A DNA stretch of 61,956 bases, counting the filler, from Choristocarpus tenellus KU-1152 (Eukaryota; Protista; Phaeophyceae), in the NCBI GenBank assembly GCA_964200185.2. It is 11 parts of 11 records of this genome, joined end to end, with 100 filler letters (N's around TTAATTAATTAA, not from the genome) between each part and the next. Parts side by side here need not be neighbours in the genome. Positions count along the whole stretch, not along the records: positions 43,422 to 55,157 come from CAXNAD020002163.1; positions 55,258 to 61,956 come from CAXNAD020007535.1; 9 more parts are not named here. One strand, written 5' to 3'. This document shows, one piece after another, positions 50,400 to 61,956 of the stretch. The translations under genes were made by a program, and so were the position numbers. Below the pieces are notes generated by a model, which saw only the letters and a program-made list of their open reading frames with translations, was not told the DNA's origin and did no database searches. Numbering within the stretch: position 1 is the stretch's first letter; every line of letters begins with the position of its first letter.

Positions 50400-53380
50400 T
50401 ACCTATGGCGATGTTGTACAATGATGTAATTGCTTGCCTGTGTGTTCGTCACTGGTGTTCAGGGTAACGCCCTCAGAGTATTTGATGATGTCCAGGTAGT
50501 TTGTACCCTCCTCCACATCCTCCCTCAATACGAGGTCCCTTTTCACCTGTGGATTGTACGGGGTTACATTAAGGTGCGCGATCAAGGCATTTATTGTGAG
50601 GTGGCTTGATACGAACTGAAATACGGTGGAGAGATGAGATGATGAACCTCACACTCAGTTGAGTAGCTCGTCGCTGAGGATGTATTTTTTGGTAGGAAGA
50701 CTCTCTGCTGAAGACCCTGCTGAGGAGTCATCGGCGTAGGGATCTATCCTGAGCTTGTCTTTCCTTTTTAGGTCGTTCATAACTTGTCTGGCTACCTCTA
50801 GGACAGCCCTCTTGATGAGGATATCCTTGGTGTGCATACGTCTCATATATGCCAATTGGACTTTCCAGGGTTGAGATGCCCGCTCCTCCTCCGCCTGGGC
50901 GGCAGACGCCGTGTCTGGATCGCCGACTCCTGGTCAATTATTCTTCTCCTTTCCTATTGTCTTCTTCTTTCCTCTGTCCTGGTCGGCCGGGGTCCGTTTG
51001 TTCCGGACACCCCTTAGAGTGTGGGAGAACTGTCATGGAGAAGCACATGGGTAGTGGAGCGGTAAGTCACATGGATGACATGGGTGTCCGCCTCGCGAGG
51101 CACGAAGTAGATGGTGAACATTGCGGCTGTTGCAGGGTGAGCAAAGGGGTATATGCATATACATCCATACGTTACTTGAATTGTCACGGTCAAAATTGAC
51201 TTACCCATTCCTCTGGAAATGTCTCTGTTCCGACAAAATACGTCAAAGAGAGCGTGTTAGTAGGCAATGTTTTGGCTGTCTGTTCTGAGAAGACGTGGGC
51301 AGCCACCTCGACAATGTCGCGCCAGCGATAGCCTTGGGGGGTCTCCCCTCTAAGGATGGCTAAGCCGGCTCCAGCGAGGATATCGGCGCACATTCTTGCG
51401 AAATACTGCTCCTTGACCTCGTCCGTGAGCTACATGTACGTCAAATGTGCGATGGTGTGTCGTTAGGAGACCGATAAAGAACGAGCTTTGAGGTTGTGGA
51501 GGATTTAGGTTTAACGGTGAATCTATCAGAGAAGGATCACAAGGGGGTGAGCGTAGTGCAGCAGAACCCTATGGACTTGGGGTTCTTTGGAAGTTGATGA
51601 CCTTTACCGTTCAACAGAACACATCAAATTCCTTCATTACTGTCTGCCCTATGTCAAGTATGGCGTCGTCTTGTGGGGCCAACATAGTTGGGAATGTTTA
51701 CCCCACCTTCAACCTGTAGGTGTGTGTGAACCCCCCGCTGTTCTTGAGGGATTCGATGGCGGCGTCCGGGTTAGCGTACCACGGCACAGTGAACATGTGA
51801 ACCGCTCTGAAGTCGAAATTGTCCTAGTCAGGTGCGCGTTGGGTGTGTGAAGGATAATGTGACATGATCAGGACAGAAGAGCGTGGGAGTGGGAGTGGAT
51901 CTGTTGGTAAATGGGGTATGTCATAAGGGAGTGAAAGTATCTTAGAGGGTACGAGTTTTGCCCTGTTTGTCCATTTGGGACTTGGCTTCCCATGTTGTTT
52001 TTTAGTACATTTTCCTACTCCAAAAGGGTTTGGAGTAGGTAAAATGTACATGTTATGAAAAAGGTGTGTCCGGAACAAGGATATTGACACTTCCTAACGA
52101 ACACAATAGCCAAAATTACATCAAAATCGCAACATTGGATTTTGGCCCCATATGGACACGGCCCTACCCTCTAAGATACTTTGGCTCAAGGTCGATAGCA
52201 TTACACATGTATGAAACGTCAATTATACTCAGTATGCGAAGGCAGGGGCTACTACGGTGTTGTTGGACTGTTAGTGATGGGGTATTGGATGTACAATGTG
52301 GGGAAGGCAGCACTGCGCTTACACTTGACCCATCGCGCTTCTTGTGCTCTCTTCACACACCGAGAAGGATCTCCTCCAGTTCTTTTGTCTCTGGTGGAAC
52401 ATAGTGAGGGGAAGAAAGGGATCGGGTTGGTTGAATCACCGACACGGAATTAGTATGGATATGGGCGACGAAAAGTAGGCAGTGCTTCACAATCGTTTCA
52501 CGAATCATTTCCTGTGGAAGGAGCCTTGAGAATCTCACCTTCTCCCGCGCATATATAGACAAGGGTGGCGATCGCATCGAAGAATTGGACGGAGGTCTGG
52601 TCAGTGAGTCTATTCACCCCGGCTTCAATATATGTGTCCGCCCAAGCTTCTTTGAGGAATGCCTTTATCTTGGAAGCTACCCTCCTCTTAATAACCGTCT
52701 GTAACATGGCGTCGGCACTCCGAAGTCTATGTCACCTAGACATTACTGGTTGCACTTGGTGATCAAGGTCGCCATGTGCATGCGACGATCAGAGCCCTCT
52801 TCCGTTTCCCGGACGTAGGGGTGGGACCTGTCACAACTGAAGGCGAGCCTATACTCCAGGATAGTGGCAACCCAAGACACCATCCAATGGAATATGTCTA
52901 GGATGTTTGGCACGTGCAACCTGCTGACTGTAAAACTCTCTCCTATGGAGATTGATTCAGCCGTTTCCCGGCTGCAATGTGGATATATCTTCCACATGAA
53001 GCTCCTGTGGTGAGCAATCTGGAGGTTTGCTCCTACTTCCGAGGCCCATCGTGTTGTGACATGGGCCGGGAGGTTGATGCCACAAGGGACATTGTCCTCC
53101 TTGGCGACGCACTCGAATGTCCTCAACACCATTATGCGGTGTTGTCCAGGTCTTCCATCTCGAGCACAGCGAAAAAGGTTGCCCACTCATGATCCCCACG
53201 AGCCTATTGTCGGCGACTTGTGGGTCCGGCCCCAGCTTCGAGAACATAGACTCAACTCTACTGTTGTCAAGAAGGTTGGTGTTGTATCTCTGTGTCAAGA
53301 AGTCAGATGCGGCGAGGTCTATCGTACACGTCGCGCTGAGGTTCGACTTTATCAGGTCTGTTATCTTTGGTGTTCATGAT
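50400..53380 (-). pseudogene. Decayed multi-exon gene of unknown family
   Basis: Series of protein-like minus-strand segments (52957-53298, 52743-53186, 52498-52707, 51190-51393 ending at GTAAGT, 50655-50855, 50403-50585) with frameshifts and a MITE insertion. No motif recognised. Confidence 0.4.
51929..52187 (-). mobile_element. MITE family A, copy A9, TSD AAGG
   Basis: AAGG|GAGTGAAAGTATCTTAGAGGGTA...TACCCTCTAAGATACTTTGGCTC|AAGG. Confidence 0.93.
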
Positions 53381-53779
53381 TCCCTGGGCCTCCGGTTGGC
53401 TGCCTGTGAAGGTAGAGGGGCAAGTGTTAGGACAGCAGTATCAGCAAAGGAGAAGGATATCGATGCAGGGGTGGATGCTATTGTTAGCTGAGCACAGCAA
53501 GGGTGTCTTTGTATGAACAGTGATGGACTATGCGATTAATGATGACGGGATCTGTATGGAGTGCAAGGTTCGTGTCCATGCGTGGGCTATACAAACGTGA
53601 TATGAAAGGGTGTAGTGATGTTGTGGACATGAGGACGGCGTAATGTTTTCCTCGATGGCAATTTTTTCTAATAAATATTGAACGGTTAACCCGGTCAACA
53701 TGGGATGAACATTGAATATGAGTACGCACCAATATCGGATGCAGACTGGAAGGATTACGCGCCGATCAAGGTAACATGT

Positions 53780-54340
53780 AGTGAGGGCAATCATGCACAG
53801 GTTTGTGCTTGACATAGGGCAGGCAATAAGAAATGGATTTCATGTGTTCTGTCGAACGGTAGAGGCCATCAATATCCAAAGCGCAGCAAGACTGTTGGGT
53901 ATGTGTGTGTCGATTTCAAACAGTAATTCTGAGCAGAAAAACATTACGTCGAATCTCGAAAGTGAAAGGTGAAGATGAAAGGAATTTACGCTCCGACCCG
54001 GGATAGATGTCGGGAGGGCAACCATGCACAGGTTTATGCTTGACATATGACAGATAATGAAGAATGAACTTGATGTGTTCTGTCGAACGGTAAAGGCCAT
54101 CAATTTCCAAAGTGCGGCAAGGCGGTTGGGGGTATGTGTGTCCATTTGAAATAATAACAACCTGAGCTGGAAAACATTGCATCAAACCGCGAAAGTGAAA
54201 GATGAAGATGAAAGGAATTTACGTGCAGTTTTTTGCTTGACACAAGGCAGATAGTAATCAATGAATTTGATGTGTTGGTTCGAACGGTAAAGGTCATCAA
54301 TTTTCAAAGCGTGGCAAGACGGTTGGGGGGAGTGTATGTC
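53780..54340. repeat. Degenerate tandem repeat, ~231-bp period, about 2.5-3 units
   Basis: TGTGTT..TCGAACGGTA.AGG.CATCAAT recurs at ~53843, 54074 and 54271; GAAAGTGAAAG.TGAAGATGAAAGGAATTTACG occurs twice. An inverted partial copy lies at ~51590-51660. Confidence 0.85.
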
Positions 54341-54712
54341 CTTTTCCGATACGAACCTTATCGGAAGTGTTCCAATGGTATCGGAGCCCTTACACGTGCG
54401 TATCAAAGGTGTCACCACGTCACTCTGGATAGACTATTGTTGTGGTGCATAAAATTGCATCGTGGAATCTTGCTTCTATTTCGGATCAGTTGTCGGATTA
54501 CTCCCAACATATGTGACTGCAACTCATGTTCCAATTTCCGAAAGGTTCGGTTGAATTCGCTGTAGCCATTTCATATTAAAGCCGTTGAATTGATTCTATG
54601 TTGATGTGTTCGATGCGAGGTGAAATCTGTAAATGGCGGATTGGGATTAGTGTTCAATATGTAGGTGATTTATTTTGGTTTGGGCTACTAGGGCTGGTAT
54701 CATGATGGGTGC

Positions 54713-54960
54713 TGGTCGAAATATCTTAGGGGTATGGCCGCGTCCATTTGGCGGCCGAGTTAAAATGTTGCATTTTTGCCGTAATTCTTGCCATCATTAT
54801 TGTTTGGAGATGTCAATGTCCTTTTTCCGAACACTCCTTTCCATAGTGTAGACATTGTACTTCTCCAAAACACTTTTGAGTAGGTACAATGTCCTTGAAA
54901 ACCCGTGGGCAGCCAAGCCCCAAAGGACAACCAGTGAAAAACTCGTGCCCTCTAACATAG
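54713..54960 (+). mobile_element. MITE family A, diverged copy A10
   Basis: Colinear with A1 despite many substitutions; hairpin arms GACATTGTAC/GTACAATGTC. Confidence 0.8.
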
Positions 54961-55829
54961 AGCATCGAATCTGAAAATGCCGGTGTTACCACTGCTGACA
55001 GCTGGTGTGTATACGGTTGAAAAGGTAATGAATACAGGGCATCGGATTTGAAAATGTTGGTGACACCACCGGACCCAAAGTATCTGGTGGGGGGGGGGTT
55101 CTACACCAGGTTGTACATTTGACGAAAATCAGGAAAAGTGCACCTACATCATATCCCNNNNNNNNNNNNNNNNNNNNNNNNNNNNNNNNNNNNNNNNNNN
55201 NTTAATTAATTAANNNNNNNNNNNNNNNNNNNNNNNNNNNNNNNNNNNNNNNNNNNNAGGGAGGGAGGGAGGGAGGGAGGGAGGGGGGGTGGGGGGCGGG
55301 CGGGATTCCTGTTGGTGAGATTTCACTCTCCAAGTCTTTTTTTTTTCCTTGCTTTACAGATTTTTCTCCTGTCAGGGAGTCACAGTCAGGTTGTTAAGGT
55401 GGGCTTGTACAATTGCCTGCCTCGTAGTTGATGGAATGAGCATTGGTGACGTAGTGTTGGCTTGGTTGATGTGCTAAGTCAATTTGGTTCCCTGTGAACA
55501 AAACCAAGCAACTTGGTATCCATTCACATTTTCCTCTTTTACAAGAACAGTTCCTTACACCAGGGTTTGATTCGATTGGCCTCTTTTTGGAAAAAGAAAG
55601 AGGTTGTACATTGTGGAGAGATCAGGTAGCGGAGAGTTCATCACTGACCCTCAATTTTGCATCAACCTTGTCCTTTCACCTGAAACAGTACTTGGTCTGC
55701 ACTTATAGCCTTAGCCCTAGAGATTTTTTACTAGCTAAGCTCCAGAGCAGTAAGCAGGCAATAAACTGCAATCTTGAACCCACAACGCATCATTCGTAAT
55801 GCACAATATCATTCATGGAACATGCATCT

Positions 55830-56088
55830 GAGTGAAAAGTATCTTAGAGGTACGAGGTTTTCCCTGTTTGTCCATTTGGGGCTTGGCTTCCAAAGGGTTT
55901 ATAGTGACATTTTTCCTACTCCAAAATGTTTCAGATTAGGTAAAATGTATACATGATGAAAAGGAGTGTCCAGAACAAGGATATTGGCATCTCCTAACAA
56001 ACATGATAGCCAAGAAATATCATAATTGCAACATTGGATTTTGGTCCTCAAATGGACACGGCTCTACCCTCTAAACATACTTTGACTC
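55830..56088 (-). mobile_element. MITE family A, copy A11 (3-bp flank duplication TCT)
   Basis: TCT|GAGTGAAAAGTATCTTAGAGG...ACTTTGACTC|TCT. Confidence 0.88.
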
Positions 56089-56351
56089 TCTACCATTTAA
56101 TCTTAGCCTCCCACTTCCTCTGTCATCTGAAGTGCTGTCTTAGGTACTACATAGCAGGAGCCAAATCCAATTCTATATTGGTACCAGATTTATTTCCTTC
56201 GCTGACTGATATTCATGCCTACAAATCCACAAAGAATATTCTCCATGACATCACGACTACTTCTCTTTTATGAATATTTCCACCAATCAACTCGACGTGC
56301 CTTTTTTGTCTCCCCTTGATGCTTTCATTCTACTTCTATTAATTTCCCCAG

Positions 56352-59300
56352 GAGCTGTGGCTACCAGTGATGGTTCCTACTCATTCCGCCTCAATCGACC
56401 TCTCTGTTTGGCACAAGGAGATGACGGGCAAAGAAATTGTGGCTCACACGTACTTTGACTTCAATAAAGTCCCCTCTGTGAAAAATGCCAAGCCTGGCAA
56501 GAGGTGAGTCAAGGGATTGGATGTAGGAGGATATGGACATAGGTGTGCTGGTGCCGGGATACACATGGCATAACAGGCTGTCAAGATTTGCCTTCTACCA
56601 TATAGTAGTAGTAATAACAATACACTCTTTGCTCGGCAAAGGCTTCATCTGAGGTTCTCTCTTCGTAACCCTAACCCTAACTCCAACCTTGCATTGAGCG
56701 TGGATAATCCCAACAGCTCCATTGGGTGTTATGTTCGATCTGGCATCTAAAGAGTTCAATCCTATCTCAGCATCTCAATCCAACTCAGCCGAAACCTCTC
56801 TAGCCCAAGCGAACAAAAAGAAGCTATTCCATCACATACCCCTGCCCTCGTCTTTCTCAGAACCGGTATGTTCAGATACTACAAGGAGGAGTACCCTGGA
56901 CCATTGCCAAAGTGGGTTGTCCTCTGTGGTGCACCCCATGGAAAAGGAAAGGGGCATGAGGCCGACATCATGAATACGTACGTGTGTTGGGGGGTATACT
57001 GACTAGCGATTGTCTGGAAAATGTGCTGGTAGGGCGTTTTCTACAGTTATATTTGACCTCTTTGCTTACATTCCTCAGAATCAACGCATTTAGTCTTCAT
57101 TTCTGTGCATGCTGTGGTGCCATCAATGCCAAGCAACCAATGCTGCTTTCTCAGCAACTCTCTGACACTTGTTGCGAATGAAAAATTACCCTATTTTGAA
57201 AAAAAAAGCAAAGAAGTTCAAAACATTCAAATACGTTCCTAGTGAGGATGTGCTTGGTTTATTGTTTTCAAATATATACACAACTCTGCTTGGTGTGTCA
57301 GAAGGTTTTCACCTCAAAGAAATACAGTCATGGCCGTGCTTGCTGCATTGTCTGCCTTGTGTATGTTGCTTCCGGTTTCCTCCATGGCAACATCTGCAAA
57401 ATTTCGGTGGGAGTAATAACATACTACTCGTTAGCAATACTTATTCGTTTGTCGCATTTAAGGTAGACTCTATTGGGATTCATGACCGTATACTTCCATA
57501 AACTACCACGTGGAACCCTGTGCAAGGAAGAGGGAAAGGGGTCACAGGAAGAGGAGGTAATGAAAAAAGTCACCCTGCATGGGAGAGTAGGTATCACCGG
57601 TACTTCAAGCATTTTCTCTTGCGTCACAGGTGTTTTTACCCAGAGAGACAACAATAATATTGTTCTGCAGGGATATGGTGAAATATTGTTCTTCCGGAGC
57701 AAGTATTCGTCTCTTTGTATATGCGCAAAATATTCGCCATGAGCGCAGGGAAGAACAAAGACCCTTCTCGAACTTCCTGCACCTGCCGATACAGGTACCC
57801 GAGTCAAGGGAACACCTACAGAGGGAGAATATTGGTGGCGATGAGAGTGGAAAATAACCCACCTACGAAGATAGGGAATCGTGTTACGCGCAGGTGCGCA
57901 ACAACACCACATGGGTCGAGTGAAATGATCTTAGGGTTAGGGTACGAGTTTTGCTAAGTTTGTCCATTTGGGGCTTGACTTCGTAAGATTTTTTTGATGA
58001 CATTTTCCTACTCCAAAATGTTTCAGAGTAGGAAAAATGTGTACGTTATGAAAAGTTGTGTCCAGAACATGGATATTGACACTTCCCAACAAACACAATG
58101 ACCAAAATTATATCAAAATCTCAACATTGGATTTTGGCCCCCGAAATGGACGCGGCTTTACCCTAACCCTAAGATAATTTGGCTCGGTCGGGTTTTGAGC
58201 TTTTGAAATATGAAAACAATCATCAATATCCAGCTTGACATAGATAGTACTTGCGTGTAGGGTGACAGAAGTATGTACGTTATGTAAGGTGTAGGGTTGC
58301 TTACCATAGCTTATATCTATATACTGAGGTCTTGTGTAGTACATCCTTGAGTGTGTGTTTATTTGCAGATGAGACCATGGCATGTCCTCCATGGCCTTGG
58401 CGGTAGGTCACATTCTTGGACTCAGAATACGAGACTATAGCACAGTATACTGAGAGGGAAAAACACAATTGGGAAGGACCTCTGCATAATTTTGTAAGGC
58501 AGATTGAGAAGTTTATCTTTAGAGAGGGGGGGAGGGCATGTCTTGGGAACCTCCTTCAAGACATTCTTCTCTAGTGTAGAGCTTCCCAATATTAAGCACA
58601 ACACTTATATGCCAGCATCACCAATGAGTCATAATACAAGCAGATATAGCTCCTCAAGTAACTCAATATGTCTTCTTTTCACTGTAATTTCTCGATCTCC
58701 ACTAACTACACTGCAACTCCTTGTTCCATATCTGTCATATAGGAACATGGATTTCGTGGTGCCCCCAGAACTTATTCCTGAGACAGCAAAATATACCCTA
58801 CGCGTACTTCTTCTACAGGGCTCCGACATACCTGTTTTCAAGTTTCCAAATGCACAGGTGCTCATGGACACTGGAACGTAGGTTGGTTACGTGTGAGCCT
58901 TAATATACCTTCACTTAACTCCTTCAGGGTAGTCTAGAGAGTAATTGGTTATAACGTACAACTGCCTAACATCACCGAGAGATAACTCAGCCTGGTTAAC
59001 AGCGACTTGAGGTTGTGAGGGTGTCGTAAGCAAGGATTATTTGGCACTACAGAGTGTGATTAGCACCCTACTGAGCAGATAACCCACCCACCCCATTCCA
59101 CTGAATGTGTAGTGGAATCTGAGCAGTGAGAGGAGGGTGCAATATTAAATATACTGTGTTGCGAGTTCTAGTGACCTCCCTTGAATAGCCGCAACAGTTG
59201 TGCCAGGAATCCCAAGAGCCTTGGTAAAAGATTTTCCACTTTATGTGCCTTGAACTGATGCCTGTATGTTGCACCCTTTGGTGGTGTACATTTGAAGGTT

Positions 59301-60720
59301 ACCTGCAATATCACTCTGCCACACGGTCTCCTTTATCCTCTCCCCACTTGAATCTGTTGAACGTTCATGTGTGCTAAAACTACACAACCAAATGGCAAGG
59401 GTGCAGCCAAGATGAAGGCTATTGTGATGCTAGGTGCTGTCAAACTTGAGTTCCATTCTCGTGAGAATCGCAAGGGTATAGTGGAATGGAATCAATGCGA
59501 GGAAGTGCACACAGTCGACCTCCCAGTCGATCCAGGGCAGATCCCAGACATCATGGTGTACCTGGTAAGTTCCTTGGTAGTTGTTGCCGCAAGTGTTTGA
59601 CAAATTAACTTGCTGTCCCTTTGCTAGATGCTACTTGATTGTTTGTTGATTGCAATATTCACTTCTCCCAACCTTGTAAAAAAGGACGATGATCATTGCA
59701 GGAGCACATAGATCTATCAACATCGTTCCCATCTTTACTTTCACACACCCTGGGTGCATAATCAAAATGGGTTATCTATCGGGGGGTGGTCGGCATGATG
59801 TATTAGTTGCCCATGCAAACACTGTACGAGATATCATCAAGGGAGACCAGAGTTGAATAGGGAAGAGCACTCTGGACAATCAGCAGTAGTGATCCAGGTG
59901 TATTTTGGATCCATTTCCTTTTTTCTCCTCATCAGGAATACTTTCTACTATGACATAAACACCTGCATAGTGTGTGTAAGGTCTTTTTATGCCTCTGGGG
60001 AGCACTTTGGAGGACTCTTTCCTTGCAAGAATTGATTTTTAGCGACAAGCTGACAGCTCACCAAGCGTACCGCAATGGAGTGTCATGTCCTTCATGACTG
60101 CCTTCAAGCTGGGAAGAAGACCAGCCAATGAAGCTGGGCCTTGTTCTCCAACCCTTGCGGTCTACCGTAGTAGGGTACTATTTTCCTCCCTTCTAAAAAT
60201 GATACTCACATCATTTTGATATATGGTGGTGTTTTCTGAATGTTGATTCTCAGTTGGCTGCTTGTTTACTGTGCCTTCTCTCTACCCCCTGGGCCCTGCA
60301 TCCTCTCCACTCTTGCTTTTGACTGTCCAATTGATGCTCATTGCCCTGTGCAAAGATCCGAGACATGCCTGAGACGAGGATTAGCTATGCTCGTGTGCCG
60401 GTGGTGCCGGTCCTTACTCAACGCTTTCGGGGTGATCCCTACTGGTGAGGGAGCTACAGTGCGGCCGAAAATCTACCCCAAAGTCAGCCCATCGCTTATC
60501 TCTACAGACACAGCATACATAGCCTTCTCCCCCCTCCTCTTTTCCCTACACCTTCCACTGGCTCAAAGTATCTGAGGTGGGGAGGGGGGGGGGGGGGGTT
60601 GGCCCCAGGGTGCCCATTCGGGCCCTGCCCAGGAGAAAAGCACNNNNNNNNNNGTCGGGCTGGAGCGCTCTCTCGGTCTTCCCTCCCCCTTCCTCCCCGC
60701 CGCTCCCCTGGGCTGGGGCA

Positions 60721-60757
<37 letters not shown>

Positions 60758-61545
60758 CTGCACCATGGTGTCCATTCGGGCCATGACCAGGAGAAATGCA
60801 CTTACATTATCCATCCAAAGCATGCAACCAAATCATCACCCAGAAATTGCGACATGAAAAATGGACCCTGAATGGACAGCCGCCACCCCCCTCCAGATAC
60901 TTTGAGCTACTCCACTCTTGATTCGTCAGGAATCGTTTTGACCACCCGAATTTCCAGTAGGTGATCGATCCTCCATGAATGCCAGGGAACAACCTTCAAC
61001 CTTTTGTTTTTCCTCTCCTGTTTACTCATGACCTATCCAAGGCAGTGTGAGATAGCAGGATGAATTCAACATCCAAATCAAATGTATGATCAGTATTGAG
61101 GGACTCACACGTGCTCCAGCTGTGCCATTTGTACTGTGCAAGACTAAACAACTTGTCTAGCTAACTGAGTACTTGATTGTTGATCCGCTTTATAAGCTAT
61201 TGCTTGTACTCTGGAGTGCAAACTCTCTGATTGTATAGATAATGTGACAATTGGGAGGTGATCGCTGTACAAGTCGGTCTATTTTGTTGTGCATTATTTT
61301 TTGGAGGTCAGAGTAGACTGTCAACTTCCGTGTCCACCATGCCACGCCGTATGCCATGCCACGCACCTCTGCTGATAGAGATAGTTTAACCCCTTAGGCA
61401 GGAGCTTTGGGTAGACAAGACCAAGCATGGACTCGGGGCATTGGGATCCAATCACTTTCCAGGTTCATTGCTGATCAAGGTTGGGCTTGGACGGGATGCT
61501 GTAGCTCGCCAGAATTCCTGGGAGGAACTGAAAGCATTGTCTCAG
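56352..61545 (+). CDS. Ferlin-family multi-C2-domain protein; seven internal exons
   Basis: Exons 56352-56503, 56861-56977, 57795-57893, 58743-58857, 59400-59564, 60356-60444 and 61398-61545 join with consistent phases. The product reads ELWLPVMVP...GPLPKWVVLCGAP...MNTYPSQGNTYRGRILV...YTLRVLLLQG...DLPVDPGQIPDIMVYL...RISYARVP...FPGSLLIKVGLG, which are ferlin C2/FerB-type motifs. Confidence 0.85.
57918..58185 (-). mobile_element. MITE family A, copy A12, TSD GGTC, with telomeric (TTAGGG)2 in both TIRs; in a ferlin intron
   Basis: GGTC|GAGTGAAATGATCTTAGGGTTAGGGTA...TACCCTAACCCTAAGATAATTTGGCTC|GGTC. Confidence 0.92.
60560..60908 (-). mobile_element. MITE family B copy in a ferlin intron (N gap inside); flank duplication ACT
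   Basis: ACT|GGCTCAAAGTATCTG...CCAGATACTTTGAGCT|ACT. Confidence 0.82.
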
Positions 61546-61956
61546 GTAAGCAATTTTGCTCCTACTACACTATGAAAAACCTTTATATTTTGGTCCCTGT
61601 GGTAGTAGGTCAGGAAGATGGTTTGCAACTCTGCCGTCTACTTAACTGATGCCAACCGCCTTACTGCCCCTGGCCTGCTCATATTGTGCTCTAAGAAAGA
61701 GGGACTAACCAACCCTCCCATTCTGCAACCAGTCAGAGACTAACGCCCCCTTTTTGAAGCAGCTGGCTAGCATTGAACGTCTTATCACTTGTATCCAAGA
61801 AGGTGGATCGAAGACCAGCAAGATATTGTATACATACACCTTTCCCTTTGCTAGTCTACCTGTGTCAAACCTACCAGCCCCGTGTCAAACCTAGCACCAG
61901 CTGTAGGCTATAAAGCTGGCTCAAATTATCTAGGGGGGGTTGTGACTGTCCATTTG

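Noticed and set aside
53780-54340. Tandem array as duplicated exon-intron cassettes
   Set aside because: Each unit has a GTAAAT...CTCAG 61-nt intron-like segment on the minus strand, but the remaining 170 nt is not a multiple of 3, so tandem exons would frameshift.
57918-60908. MITEs acting as introners
   Set aside because: Copies in the ferlin gene lie inside larger introns and their ends do not supply the splice sites.
1663-61956. Recurring AAAGTATCT repeats as a CRISPR-like or REP array
   Set aside because: They are dispersed, inverted and paired around conserved interiors with TSDs. There is no repeat-spacer periodicity and no cas-like ORF.

Overview
Eukaryotic, intron-rich, transposon-dense nuclear DNA. 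The gene content and TTAGGG-type repeats suggest a stramenopile, possibly a brown alga (inference). The window is not contiguous: 11 short contigs are joined by artificial 100-nt linkers (N44-TTAATTAATTAA-N44). Spliced genes reconstructed by hand from GT/AG boundaries and phase: an EB1-type CH-domain protein with a long tail interrupted by one in-frame TAA, head-to-head with an EF-1beta-like gene; the 3' end of a TRM3/TARBP1-like SpoU methyltransferase; a protein with a C-terminal F-box; two FolC/FPGS-like exons; and seven exons of a ferlin. Decayed Copia retrotransposons and a DD39D-type mariner remnant are present. The most striking signal is about 29 non-autonomous elements in three families with largely different interiors (A ~255 bp, B ~175 bp, C ~260-280 bp). 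All share the terminal motif G(A/G)NN(C/G)AAAGTA, and several A and B copies have 3-4 bp target duplications. Family A carries a central hairpin with compensatory changes between copies, and in one copy both TIRs have been symmetrically converted to (TTAGGG)2.
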